From a virus (Duplodnaviria > Caudoviricetes): a stretch of DNA of 25,580 bases. The stretch's first letter is position 1. Every line of letters starts with the position of its first letter. The notes beneath the pieces were generated by a model. The model saw only the letters and a program-made list of their open reading frames with translations. It made no database searches and had not been told where the DNA came from. The DNA is taken from IMG/VR virus record IMGVR_UViG_3300008216_004606, positions 1-25,580 of that record. The stretch is one strand, 5' to 3'. Below are positions 1 to 6,674 of the stretch, piece after piece. The translations under genes were made by a program, and so were the position numbers.

Positions 1-225
1 ATGGCAGGGGTGACTGTGAGAGGAGGCGTAGAGGCTAAGTGGCTGGACGGCGGCCTAAAAGGCACAGCAGGAAGCTCGGCAGAGCTCGCTAGGCTTGCCG
101 TCCAGGTTCTGGTTGAGGATTTGGGCACAGAAGGCGCGCGCGTGCTGCTACGCGACGAATTGGCGGCCTACCTGCCCGACTATCAGGGTGCTGTTATCGA
201 TAAGAGAAGCGCCAGGAAAGAGTGA
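1..225 (+). CDS. Hypothetical protein, convergent on cI
   Basis: 74-aa ORF starting at the window edge and ending 15 nt from the cI stop. No motif recognised. Confidence 0.55.
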   Translation: MAGVTVRGGVEAKWLDGGLKGTAGSSAELARLAVQVLVEDLGTEGARVLLRDELAAYLPDYQGAVIDKRSARKE

Positions 226-240
226 CCTGGCGCGGAATGC

Positions 241-1014
241 TCAGAACGAGCGGCCTCGTCGGTTGACGGGGCGGATGGTGGACCACCAGAAGACGAATCC
301 GATAATCCGGATTGATGCTGCGACCTGCTCGGCCGTGTAGTGCTCGTCGGGGAACTCGACGTCATTCTCAGACCTGAGGCGCAATCCGCCGCCTGGAAGC
401 CTGTAGAGATACTTCACTCGCAACATTCCGTCGTGGTCAATCGCGTAGATTTCGCCGTCATGGATCGACGTTGTGCCGCGGTCGATTCCGATCGTCGCGC
501 CGTCGAAAATGACGCGCTCCATGCTGCGGCCTGTGACTTGCGCCGCTACTGCATTTGCTGGGTCGACTCCGCAAGTGCGCAGGGTCGCCCTAGAAAGCCT
601 GATGCATCGGCCGGGGATCTCCATCACGGCCGCCGATCCGCTTCCTGCTGCGAGCTCAACCTCCTTAAACAGCGGTACTTCCACTTCCTCGTCCTCCACT
701 GGCGTTTCACCGTCCCACGAGGAGATATCCCCAAGCAGGTCCAGCTCGCTATTCCGCGATATCGGCAGTGTATGGACATTGTTTAGCAGCGTGCGATTGC
801 TTTCGTCGTGTAGCTGATCAAGCCAGCCATGCGGTAGGAGCTCCGCGACCTCGACTCTCCGTGCCATGTCGTCCCCTATGTTTCGCGTCGGATTGTCGGA
901 CAGCATCTGACTTACATAGGAGGGAGACGTTCCCCAGAGCTCCGCGCAGACGCGCTTAGACCGCCCTTTCAGGAGGGATAGCAGATTTTGTCGGCGAATC
1001 GATGAGATATCCAT
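241..1014 (-). CDS. cI: CI-like prophage repressor (HTH + LexA/S24 autopeptidase)
   Basis: N-terminal HTH (CAELWGTSPSYVSQML), Ala-Gly cleavage site (ELAAGSG), catalytic Ser (VTGRSME) and Lys (LRVKYL). Divergent from cro. Start taken at ATG 1014 (or 1020) because the track start at 1080 runs through the operators. Confidence 0.93.
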   Translation of the reverse strand: MDISSIRRQNLLSLLKGRSKRVCAELWGTSPSYVSQMLSDNPTRNIGDDMARRVEVAELLPHGWLDQLHDESNRTLLNNVHTLPISRNSELDLLGDISSWDGETPVEDEEVEVPLFKEVELAAGSGSAAVMEIPGRCIRLSRATLRTCGVDPANAVAAQVTGRSMERVIFDGATIGIDRGTTSIHDGEIYAIDHDGMLRVKYLYRLPGGGLRLRSENDVEFPDEHYTAEQVAASIRIIGFVFWWSTIRPVNRRGRSF

Positions 1015-1025
1015 CCGCATAGAAT

Positions 1026-1099
1026 TACAGCTTGGCGCTAACGATGAAATATGCACGTTGCTAAACTCCCTGTTGCACAAACTTTAGCGGCACGCTAAA
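1026..1099. promoter_or_regulatory. Three operator-like 17-mers (OR3/OR2/OR1-like)
   Basis: TTTAGCG-GCA-CGCTAAA (1083-1099, perfect inverted repeat), ATATGCA-CGT-TGCTAAA (1049-1065) and TACAGCT-TGG-CGCTAAC (1026-1042), all with a (C/T)GCTAA half-site. Confidence 0.7.
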
Positions 1100-1101
1100 T
1101 T
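1073..1101 (+). promoter_or_regulatory. pR-like sigma70 promoter
   Basis: TTGCAC (1073-1078), 17-nt spacer, TAAATT (1096-1101). Overlaps the perfect operator and lies upstream of cro. Confidence 0.7.
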
Positions 1102-1128
1102 CGCTCCTGTATGAACAGGAGATTCCCA

Positions 1129-1368
1129 ATGTCCACCCAAATCCGCGACTGGCTGCACAGCCACAACGAACAGGAGCGCGAGGCTCTCGCTTCCGCCGCC
1201 TCCACGTCCGTTGCCTACCTGTGGCAGCTGGCCGGAGGTCACCGCAAGGCATCTGCCGAGCTCGCTGCTCGTCTGCAGAAGGCCAGTAATAACGAGCTGA
1301 CCCTGGCTGGCATGCGACCCGATCTCCATGACTTGCTGAATCCAAAAGACGGCAAAGAAGCCGCGTAA
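1129..1368 (+). CDS. cro: Cro-like HTH regulator
   Basis: AGGAG RBS before ATG 1129. HTH (EALASAASTSVAYLWQLAGGHRK) and C-terminal MRPDL. Divergent from cI. Confidence 0.88.
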   Translation: MSTQIRDWLHSHNEQEREALASAASTSVAYLWQLAGGHRKASAELAARLQKASNNELTLAGMRPDLHDLLNPKDGKEAA

Positions 1369-1397
1369 CCAATTCGTAGCCGCATAAGGAAATCGCC

Positions 1398-1586
1398 ATG
1401 TATGCAGACCCGCGACACAAAAACCGGAACGAGACAAAGGTTCGTCTCGACGACGAGTACGAGGCCTTTCTAGAGAACCTCGCAACCATTCACCGCACGC
1501 AGAAGGCGGTATTGGCACGCGAGATCCTGAAGTCATGGATCGACGAGAAGCGAGAAGAGCTTACGCGAAGCATCACTGCGGCCTGA
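1398..1586 (+). CDS. Small ribbon-helix-helix-like DNA-binding protein
   Basis: AAGGA RBS. Strand-helix-helix pattern TKVRLDDEYEAFLENLA...KAVLAREILKSWI. Confidence 0.7.
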   Translation: MYADPRHKNRNETKVRLDDEYEAFLENLATIHRTQKAVLAREILKSWIDEKREELTRSITAA

Positions 1587-1606
1587 AGGCCTAAACGAGG
1601 GCCTCT

Positions 1607-1807
1607 ATGTCTGCCAACAACAATGACATGGCCCTGGAGCATCTGCTGAACGATGAGGACTTGGAATTCTTGACTGGGCTGGCAAAGCAGCTGGGGCTAT
1701 CCCCGGATCAGCTAGCGAAGAAAGGCATTCAAGACACCATCACCAAGCGCACCAGGCCAAGAAGCATGCCGGGGACGGTTCAACCGTTTCGGCGCCGGGC
1801 TGAATAG
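1607..1807 (+). CDS. Small hypothetical regulator, possibly RHH-like
   Basis: GAGGG RBS. LNDEDLEFLTGLAKQLGLSPDQLAKKGIQDTI resembles the two RHH helices. Confidence 0.6.
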   Translation: MSANNNDMALEHLLNDEDLEFLTGLAKQLGLSPDQLAKKGIQDTITKRTRPRSMPGTVQPFRRRAE

Positions 1808-1828
1808 CCCGAAATGAGGGACTGATAA

Positions 1829-1999
1829 GTGAACAAAGCCATTCACCAACACTTAGCAATGATCGCCGCAAAGCGCGTCGTTGTATGTGTTCGCCCCTCT
1901 GAAAAGCAAAAAGCCCGAAGGGACTGTTTAAGTCACCTCCGGGCTTCGTTGGTTTCCTCGGCGGCAACCGAGAAAGCCATTTCATGTGCAGCTCTCTAG
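1829..1999 (+). CDS. Hypothetical 56-aa protein (not in ORF track)
   Basis: GAGGG at 1816-1820, GTG 1829, open frame MNKAIHQHLAMIAAKRVVVCVRPSEKQKARRDCLSHLRASLVSSAATEKAISCAAL to TAG 1999. Confidence 0.45.
   Translation: MNKAIHQHLAMIAAKRVVVCVRPSEKQKARRDCLSHLRASLVSSAATEKAISCAAL
1902..1946 (-). terminator. Intrinsic terminator on the minus strand
   Basis: Hairpin AAGCCCG...CGGGCTT followed on the minus strand by TTTTTGCTTTT (plus strand AAAAGCAAAAA). Confidence 0.65.
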
Positions 2000-2001
2000 C
2001 G
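1902..2001 (-). ncRNA. Candidate OOP-like antisense RNA (~100 nt)
   Basis: Bounded by the minus-strand promoter at 2008-2036 and the minus-strand terminator. Contains a second hairpin at 1950-1979. Same position as lambda OOP. Confidence 0.55.
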
Positions 2002-2007
2002 AGTACG

Positions 2008-2036
2008 AGTATGGACAATTCACCTGCATATATCAA
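2008..2036 (-). promoter_or_regulatory. pO/pOOP-like sigma70 promoter
   Basis: Minus strand TTGATA (2036-2031), 17 nt, CATACT (2013-2008), overlapping the start of the replication gene. Confidence 0.65.
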
Positions 2037-2907
2037 GACGGGGCCAGCGCCTGGTTTGAATGTGGTCGCGATGATCGACGGTCTCTTGGATCGCTCGATT
2101 GCTTTCCAGCGCCCATTTGTTGCTCTTGGCGTCGGCGTCACCGGTGCGCTGATGCTTTCCCAGGCTATCTATTGGTCGAAGCGCACTAAGAACCCCGATC
2201 GCTGGTTCTACAAGACTCAGGCCGAATGGGAAGAAGAGACAGGCATGTCTCGGCGCGAGCAAGAAACTGCTCGCAGGAAGCTCAAAGAGCTCGGCCTGAT
2301 CGAAGAAATGAAGCGCGGCATCCCTTGCCGGGTGTTCTTTCGCGTCGATCACCTAGCGCTTTATGAGCGCCTTTGCGCGCATATTCATCAGTCAAGCCTG
2401 GCGGAAAGCGCCGAACAAGATGCACATATCAGCCAAACCAGTATGGCGGAAAGCGCCAAACTGGATTGCACGAATGCGCCAAGCAGCTCTGCACGAAACA
2501 GCCAGAGTAATACAGAGAGTACAGAGAGTACTTCAGAGAGTACCTACAGAGGGCCTCAAGAGTTCTCGTCCCCGCTTCCAGCGGAGACCCGTCAGGTGGC
2601 CGACTCTATTCCCTACGAGAAGATTCGCGAACTGTACAACCAGATCCTCGGTGGAAAGCTGCCGCGGTGTCTTGGCTTGGACGACAAGCATCGCAAGCGC
2701 ATTCGTGCTGCTTACAACTTGAAGCTCGACGGGAAGTTCGTTGTCCGCGAAGGAGGCATGGACTTCTGGGAAGGACTTTTTAACGACGCCCTGGAATGTC
2801 CGTTCCTGCTTGGCCAGAACGGCCGCGGCTGGATCGCTGATTTCGAGTTCATGACCTCGGCGACCAAGATCCAACGATTCATGGAAGGTAAATACGATGC
2901 ACGCTGA
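2011..2907 (+). CDS. Phage replication initiator (O-like)
   Basis: N-terminal wHTH-type segment (LLDRSIAFQR...LLSQ-like MLSQAIYW...WFYKTQAEWEEETGMSRREQETARRKL), internal iterons, C-terminal WIADFEFM...EGKY. Directly upstream of DnaB. Start uncertain (1984, 2011 or 2071). Confidence 0.85.
   Translation: MDNSPAYIKTGPAPGLNVVAMIDGLLDRSIAFQRPFVALGVGVTGALMLSQAIYWSKRTKNPDRWFYKTQAEWEEETGMSRREQETARRKLKELGLIEEMKRGIPCRVFFRVDHLALYERLCAHIHQSSLAESAEQDAHISQTSMAESAKLDCTNAPSSSARNSQSNTESTESTSESTYRGPQEFSSPLPAETRQVADSIPYEKIRELYNQILGGKLPRCLGLDDKHRKRIRAAYNLKLDGKFVVREGGMDFWEGLFNDALECPFLLGQNGRGWIADFEFMTSATKIQRFMEGKYDAR
2399..2553. repeat. Replication origin: iterons plus short repeats inside the initiator gene
   Basis: Five related units at 2399, 2421, 2444, 2467 and 2490 (22-23 bp period; TGGCGGAAAGCGCC exact at 2399 and 2444), then CAGAGAGTA at 2513, 2522 and 2534. 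Confidence 0.8.
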
Positions 2908-4285
2908 TCGCCCTCTAATCGCACTGGAGGCCGAACACGGCGTCCTGGGTGCCATGATGCACGAACCTGAGCTGTGCGAGACCGTAGGCGCCTTCTTGTC
3001 GCCGTCTGACTTCGCTTACGAGGATACCGGCGCGCTGTACGCCATGATTCTCGGCGCACACTCCAAAAAGATGCACCCGGACAGCATCACCCTGTCCGAA
3101 ATCCGGGCCGAGCTTCCGAGCGGCGAGCTGACTATCGTCTATGCGTCCGAGCTGATGCGAAACGTGCCGAGCGCTGCAAATGGACAGCACTACGCCCGAA
3201 TCGTTGTTGAGCGCGCCCGCGCCCGTCGCCTGCATGAGGTTGGCGAGCGCCTCATGGAGATAGCCCAGCAGCGCGGCAGCATTGCCGAGCAGATCGCACA
3301 GGCTCAGCAACTGACCATGGACCTTGTGGCGCACCAAGAGCGGAAGGACGTTGTGTCTTTGCGCGAGGCCATGATCCCGGTCTTTGACGAAATGGAGCTG
3401 CGCTGGAAGGGCGAGCAGGCGACCGGCCTGATGTTCGGCCTACAGGATTTGGACAACATCGTCTGCGGCCTGCGGCCAGGCAACTTGGCGATCATTGCTG
3501 GCCGCCCTGGCACAGGTAAGACGGTACTTGGTGTAGGCCTAGCCGAGACGCTCGTCCTCCGGAAGGGCGGCTCCGCGCTGATCTTCTCTCTGGAAATGAG
3601 CCAGACCGAGCTCGCAAAGCGCTCCCTAGCGTCTCAGTCTGGAGTTTCTCAGGGCCTCATTGATACCGGTAAAGCCCTAGACAGCGAGGAAGCGATCGCC
3701 CGCATGACTGCCGCGGTTGGCAAGACCGCAGAGGCCGACGTGCGTATCTGCGACAAGCAGGCGCTGACCTTCTCGCGCATTTGCTCCATTGCACGGTTCG
3801 AGAATCGCGCTCGGAAGCTTGACCTGATCGTCATCGACTACTTGGGGCTGATCTCTCCGGAGTCGAATAGCCGGCACCAGAACCGCAACCAAGAGCTCGG
3901 CGCTATCAGCCGCGGCCTTAAGGCGCTGGCAAAAGAGCTCGAAATCCCAATCGTTGCGCTGGCTCAGCTGAACCGCTCTATCGAAACCCGCGCCGACGCC
4001 AAGCCGAAGATGAGCGACCTGCGTGACTCGGGCGAGATTGAGCAGGATGCCGACGTGATCATCATGGCTCACCGCGACATGCAGTCCGAGCGCGGCCAGA
4101 ACGGCGTCACCGAGATTGATGTTGTGAAGTGCCGTCACGCCAAGCCCGGTTTCTGCCTACTGCAATTCCAAGGCGAGTACGCCCGCTTCGTGTCATGCGC
4201 TCAACAGTACGACTACGACGAGGAGCCGGCCAACGTCCGCCCAATGCGCAAGTCTGCCCGTTCTGCTTTTGGAGGTGCCGCATGA
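2897..4285 (+). CDS. dnaB: Replicative DNA helicase, DnaB family
   Basis: Walker A GRPGTGKT, FSLEMS, IDYLGLI, LAQLNR, DLRDSGEIEQDAD. Confidence 0.97.
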   Translation: MHADRPLIALEAEHGVLGAMMHEPELCETVGAFLSPSDFAYEDTGALYAMILGAHSKKMHPDSITLSEIRAELPSGELTIVYASELMRNVPSAANGQHYARIVVERARARRLHEVGERLMEIAQQRGSIAEQIAQAQQLTMDLVAHQERKDVVSLREAMIPVFDEMELRWKGEQATGLMFGLQDLDNIVCGLRPGNLAIIAGRPGTGKTVLGVGLAETLVLRKGGSALIFSLEMSQTELAKRSLASQSGVSQGLIDTGKALDSEEAIARMTAAVGKTAEADVRICDKQALTFSRICSIARFENRARKLDLIVIDYLGLISPESNSRHQNRNQELGAISRGLKALAKELEIPIVALAQLNRSIETRADAKPKMSDLRDSGEIEQDADVIIMAHRDMQSERGQNGVTEIDVVKCRHAKPGFCLLQFQGEYARFVSCAQQYDYDEEPANVRPMRKSARSAFGGAA

Positions 4286-4440
4286 CCGCTCTCCAGCAGC
4301 ACGCCATCCAGCTCCTGCAGCGCCAGGGCTACCAGATACGACACACAACCGGGGCAGGCATAGGCCTATCCCGCGGCAATGACCATCGCGTCGTCTGTGC
4401 TGACGGAAGCACCCAGCGCGGCGTAGGAGCACGGAAATGA
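4282..4440 (+). CDS. Hypothetical 52-aa protein
   Basis: ATGA overlaps at both ends and a GGAGG RBS. MTALQQHAIQLLQRQGY... Confidence 0.7.
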   Translation: MTALQQHAIQLLQRQGYQIRHTTGAGIGLSRGNDHRVVCADGSTQRGVGARK

Positions 4441-4703
4441 GCGACTACATGGAAATCACCGAAGCCTTCAACCAGGCCCGCACATCCCCCGATGTAACAG
4501 ATCGCGCTACTGGCCTAGAGGAGGCAGATCGTATAGGTGGCGTGGCGCTGGTACAGGCCAGGCTGCAGGGGCAGGGCGCTGAGTTCTGCATCGACTGCGA
4601 CGAGGAGATTCCGGCCAAGCGTCGCGCTGCAGCTCCGTGGGCAGAGCGCTGCATCTCCTGCCAGGACGACCACGACAAGCGGGAGGCGCGCCGCCATGGC
4701 TAA
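4437..4703 (+). CDS. TraR/DksA C4-type zinc finger protein
   Basis: DVTDRA (DxxDxA) plus CIDCDEEIPAKRR...RCISCQ. Confidence 0.88.
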   Translation: MSDYMEITEAFNQARTSPDVTDRATGLEEADRIGGVALVQARLQGQGAEFCIDCDEEIPAKRRAAAPWAERCISCQDDHDKREARRHG

Positions 4704-5100
4704 CCCAACCTTCCCCCTGCGCAATGAGATGGACCGCCAGCGCGCCATCGCCTGCCTGCAGAAGATCGACCTGGGCGCCGGCTACGTCTGGACCATGCGC
4801 GAGGAGGTCCGCAGCGACGCTCAGAACCGCCGTATGTGGGCCATGTTGCGCGACATCAGCCGCCAGGTTGAGTGGTACGGCCAGAAGCTCGAGGACACCG
4901 ACTGGAAGCACGTATTCAGCGCGGCCGTCGAGCAGCAGCGCGCCGTGCCAGGCCTGAATGGCGGCTTCGTCGTCCTGGGCATCTCCACCCGCAAGCAGAG
5001 CAAGAAGTGGTTCTCGGACATGTTCGAGGTGATGGAAGCGTTCGCGGCTGAGCATGGCGTGCGCTTCACCACGGCTGACCATTGGGGGATTGCCGCATGA
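4696..5100 (+). CDS. ninB: NinB/Orf family recombination protein
   Basis: RSDAQNRRMWAMLRDISRQVEWYG...WKHVF...VPGLNGGFVVLGISTRK. GGGAGG RBS before ATG 4696. Confidence 0.9.
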   Translation: MANPTFPLRNEMDRQRAIACLQKIDLGAGYVWTMREEVRSDAQNRRMWAMLRDISRQVEWYGQKLEDTDWKHVFSAAVEQQRAVPGLNGGFVVLGISTRKQSKKWFSDMFEVMEAFAAEHGVRFTTADHWGIAA

Positions 5101-5465
5101 AAGGCAAAGCCCCCTCTGCCGAGCAGAAGCGCTACCACGACCTGCTGGCCCAGCATATCGGCTGCATCGCCTGCCATCGCGACACGGCAGGCCATCAGCG
5201 CAACCACGTCGTGAGCATTCACCACGTCGACGGCCGTACGAAGCCTGACGCGCACTGGCTGGTTCTTCCGCTGTGCGCTGGCCATCACCAAGACGGCTAC
5301 GGCGCGCCGGGCCTCGTCGCCGTTCACCCCTACAAGGCCCGCTTCGAGCTGGCCTATGGGAAGCAGGAAACACTCATCCGCGACTGCGCCCTGCAGCTGC
5401 TTGATATGGGCCTGACGCTGCCGGCGCGGGTCATGGAATTGGTCGGACTGGAGCAGGCCGCATGA
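5097..5465 (+). CDS. ref: Ref-like RecA-dependent HNH nuclease
   Basis: GCIAC...SIHHVDGRTKPDAH...LPLCAGHHQ...VH matches the P1 Ref motif pattern. ATGA overlap with ninB. Confidence 0.82.
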   Translation: MKGKAPSAEQKRYHDLLAQHIGCIACHRDTAGHQRNHVVSIHHVDGRTKPDAHWLVLPLCAGHHQDGYGAPGLVAVHPYKARFELAYGKQETLIRDCALQLLDMGLTLPARVMELVGLEQAA

Positions 5466-5620
5466 AGACCTGCCCCGTAGACGCCACCCACAAGACCACC
5501 GGCTACAGCCCTGAGCAGACCCTGTACTGCCACGACTGCCGCAAGGAACACCCATGGCCGCTAAAGCCCGGCCAGCTCCCCCTGATCGCAAACAACAGAG
5601 CCACAAGGAAGCCGCAATGA
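5462..5620 (+). CDS. Small zinc-ribbon-like protein, 52 aa (not in ORF track)
   Basis: ATGA overlaps at both ends. MKTCPVDATHKTTGYSPEQTLYCHDCRKEHPWPLKPGQLPLIANNRATRKPQ (C-x5-H...CxxC). Confidence 0.72.
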   Translation: MKTCPVDATHKTTGYSPEQTLYCHDCRKEHPWPLKPGQLPLIANNRATRKPQ

Positions 5621-5910
5621 CTCCAGAACTACAGGCCGTGATGGTCTTCACCTCTGCCTTCTTCCAGGTCTTCCTGCTGGGGCTCAACAGCAAGCTCCTG
5701 CGCGACGACAAGATCCCGGCAGGCTTCGTCGTGTCCTGGCTGATCACGCTGGCTCAGTTCGCCTACATCTGGTCGGTCGCCCACTCGCAGATCAACACCG
5801 TTCCGTTCCTGCTGATCTCCGGCCTGGGCGGCTCTCTGGGCATCACCTTCGCCCAGTATTTCTACCGCTGGTATGACCGCAAATTCCACCGCAAGGGAGC
5901 CGCAGCATGA
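5617..5910 (+). CDS. Small membrane protein (about 3 TM segments)
   Basis: Three hydrophobic stretches and a basic C-tail. ATGA overlaps at both ends, AAGGA RBS. Confidence 0.8.
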   Translation: MTPELQAVMVFTSAFFQVFLLGLNSKLLRDDKIPAGFVVSWLITLAQFAYIWSVAHSQINTVPFLLISGLGGSLGITFAQYFYRWYDRKFHRKGAAA

Positions 5911-6392
5911 GCGAGAAGCCAACCAATCCGAAGGACATGATGGGCGTGATGAAAGCGCCAATGTCCACCGTCTCCGCTCCAGTCATGGCTGAAGTCGGCG
6001 TTGCGATGCTGGAAGGAGCTTTGAAGTACGGCCGGCACAACTACCGCGCCGTCGGCGTCCGCGCCTCGGTTTACTACGACGCCACCATGCGGCACCTGAT
6101 GGACTGGTGGGAAGGGCAGGACATCGACCCTGATTCGGGCATGTCGCATATCACCAAGGCCATCACATCGCTGGTAGTCCTGCGTGACTCGATGATTCAG
6201 GGCAACTGGAGCGACGACCGCCCGCCGCATTCGCCTGAGTTCTACGTCGAGCTGAACCAGAAGGTCGCCGCGCTGCGTGAGAAGTACAGCGACCGTGACC
6301 CGGTGCATTACACCCAGGCGCACATGACAGAAGGATTCGGCCAGCAGAACACCATCGACTGCCGCAGCGCTGAGCAGAAGGCGGGCGCATGA
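5907..6392 (+). CDS. dATP/dGTP diphosphohydrolase-like protein (DUF5664-type)
   Basis: NPKD...K...EGALKYGRHNYR...YYDATMRHLMDWWEGQDIDPDSGMSH...DDRP pattern. Confidence 0.82.
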   Translation: MSEKPTNPKDMMGVMKAPMSTVSAPVMAEVGVAMLEGALKYGRHNYRAVGVRASVYYDATMRHLMDWWEGQDIDPDSGMSHITKAITSLVVLRDSMIQGNWSDDRPPHSPEFYVELNQKVAALREKYSDRDPVHYTQAHMTEGFGQQNTIDCRSAEQKAGA

Positions 6393-6670
6393 AGATCAGC
6401 CGAATCGACGTTATAGGCAGCAATGGAAATGACGGACTGCACTACGACCAGATCCTCTGCGGCGAGGCGTGGATTAACAGCGGAAGGCCTGACTGCCAAG
6501 GCGAATGCGGAAGCGCTTGCCCTGGTAATCGCGGACAAGATGCGCGCCCGGTGCAAGCCAATGGGCCTGCCGAAGTGGCGTCAGTGGGTATCGGCCGAGC
6601 TGTCGAGGATGAGCCCGCTGCTGCGCAAGATGGTGCGCGCTGCGCTGGAAGCGAAGGCGAGGGCCGGTAA
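6389..6670 (+). CDS. Hypothetical protein (frame A of an overlapping pair)
   Basis: ATGA-coupled to the upstream gene. 5' half has GC3-rich codons and a Cys cluster. Confidence 0.45.
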   Translation: MKISRIDVIGSNGNDGLHYDQILCGEAWINSGRPDCQGECGSACPGNRGQDARPVQANGPAEVASVGIGRAVEDEPAAAQDGARCAGSEGEGR

Positions 6671-6674
6671 ATGA
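6423..6674 (+). CDS. Hypothetical basic helical protein (frame B of an overlapping pair)
   Basis: Stop overlaps the next ATG (ATGA 6671-6674). 3' half has host-like codons (CTG, CGC, AAG, GCG). Confidence 0.55.
   Translation: MEMTDCTTTRSSAARRGLTAEGLTAKANAEALALVIADKMRARCKPMGLPKWRQWVSAELSRMSPLLRKMVRAALEAKARAGK

Noticed and set aside
782-798. Extra operator inside cI (TTTAGCA-GCG-TGCGATT)
   Set aside because: Only one good half-site, so it could be chance.
1021-1080. N-terminal extension of CI from the track start at 1080
   Set aside because: It would run through the operator/promoter region. ATG 1014 or 1020 gives a normal HTH start.
2021-2040. LexA box over the antisense promoter
   Set aside because: CTGCATATATCAAG resembles an SOS box but does not fit CTG-N10-CAG spacing.
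2399-2553. CRISPR-like repeat array
   Set aside because: Units are adjacent and degenerate with no unique spacers, inside a CDS. Fits iterons.
4507-5747. Long minus-strand ORFs (288 and 308 aa)
   Set aside because: They overlap well-supported coupled plus-strand genes (ninB, ref and neighbours) and have low-complexity Arg/Ala-rich translations.
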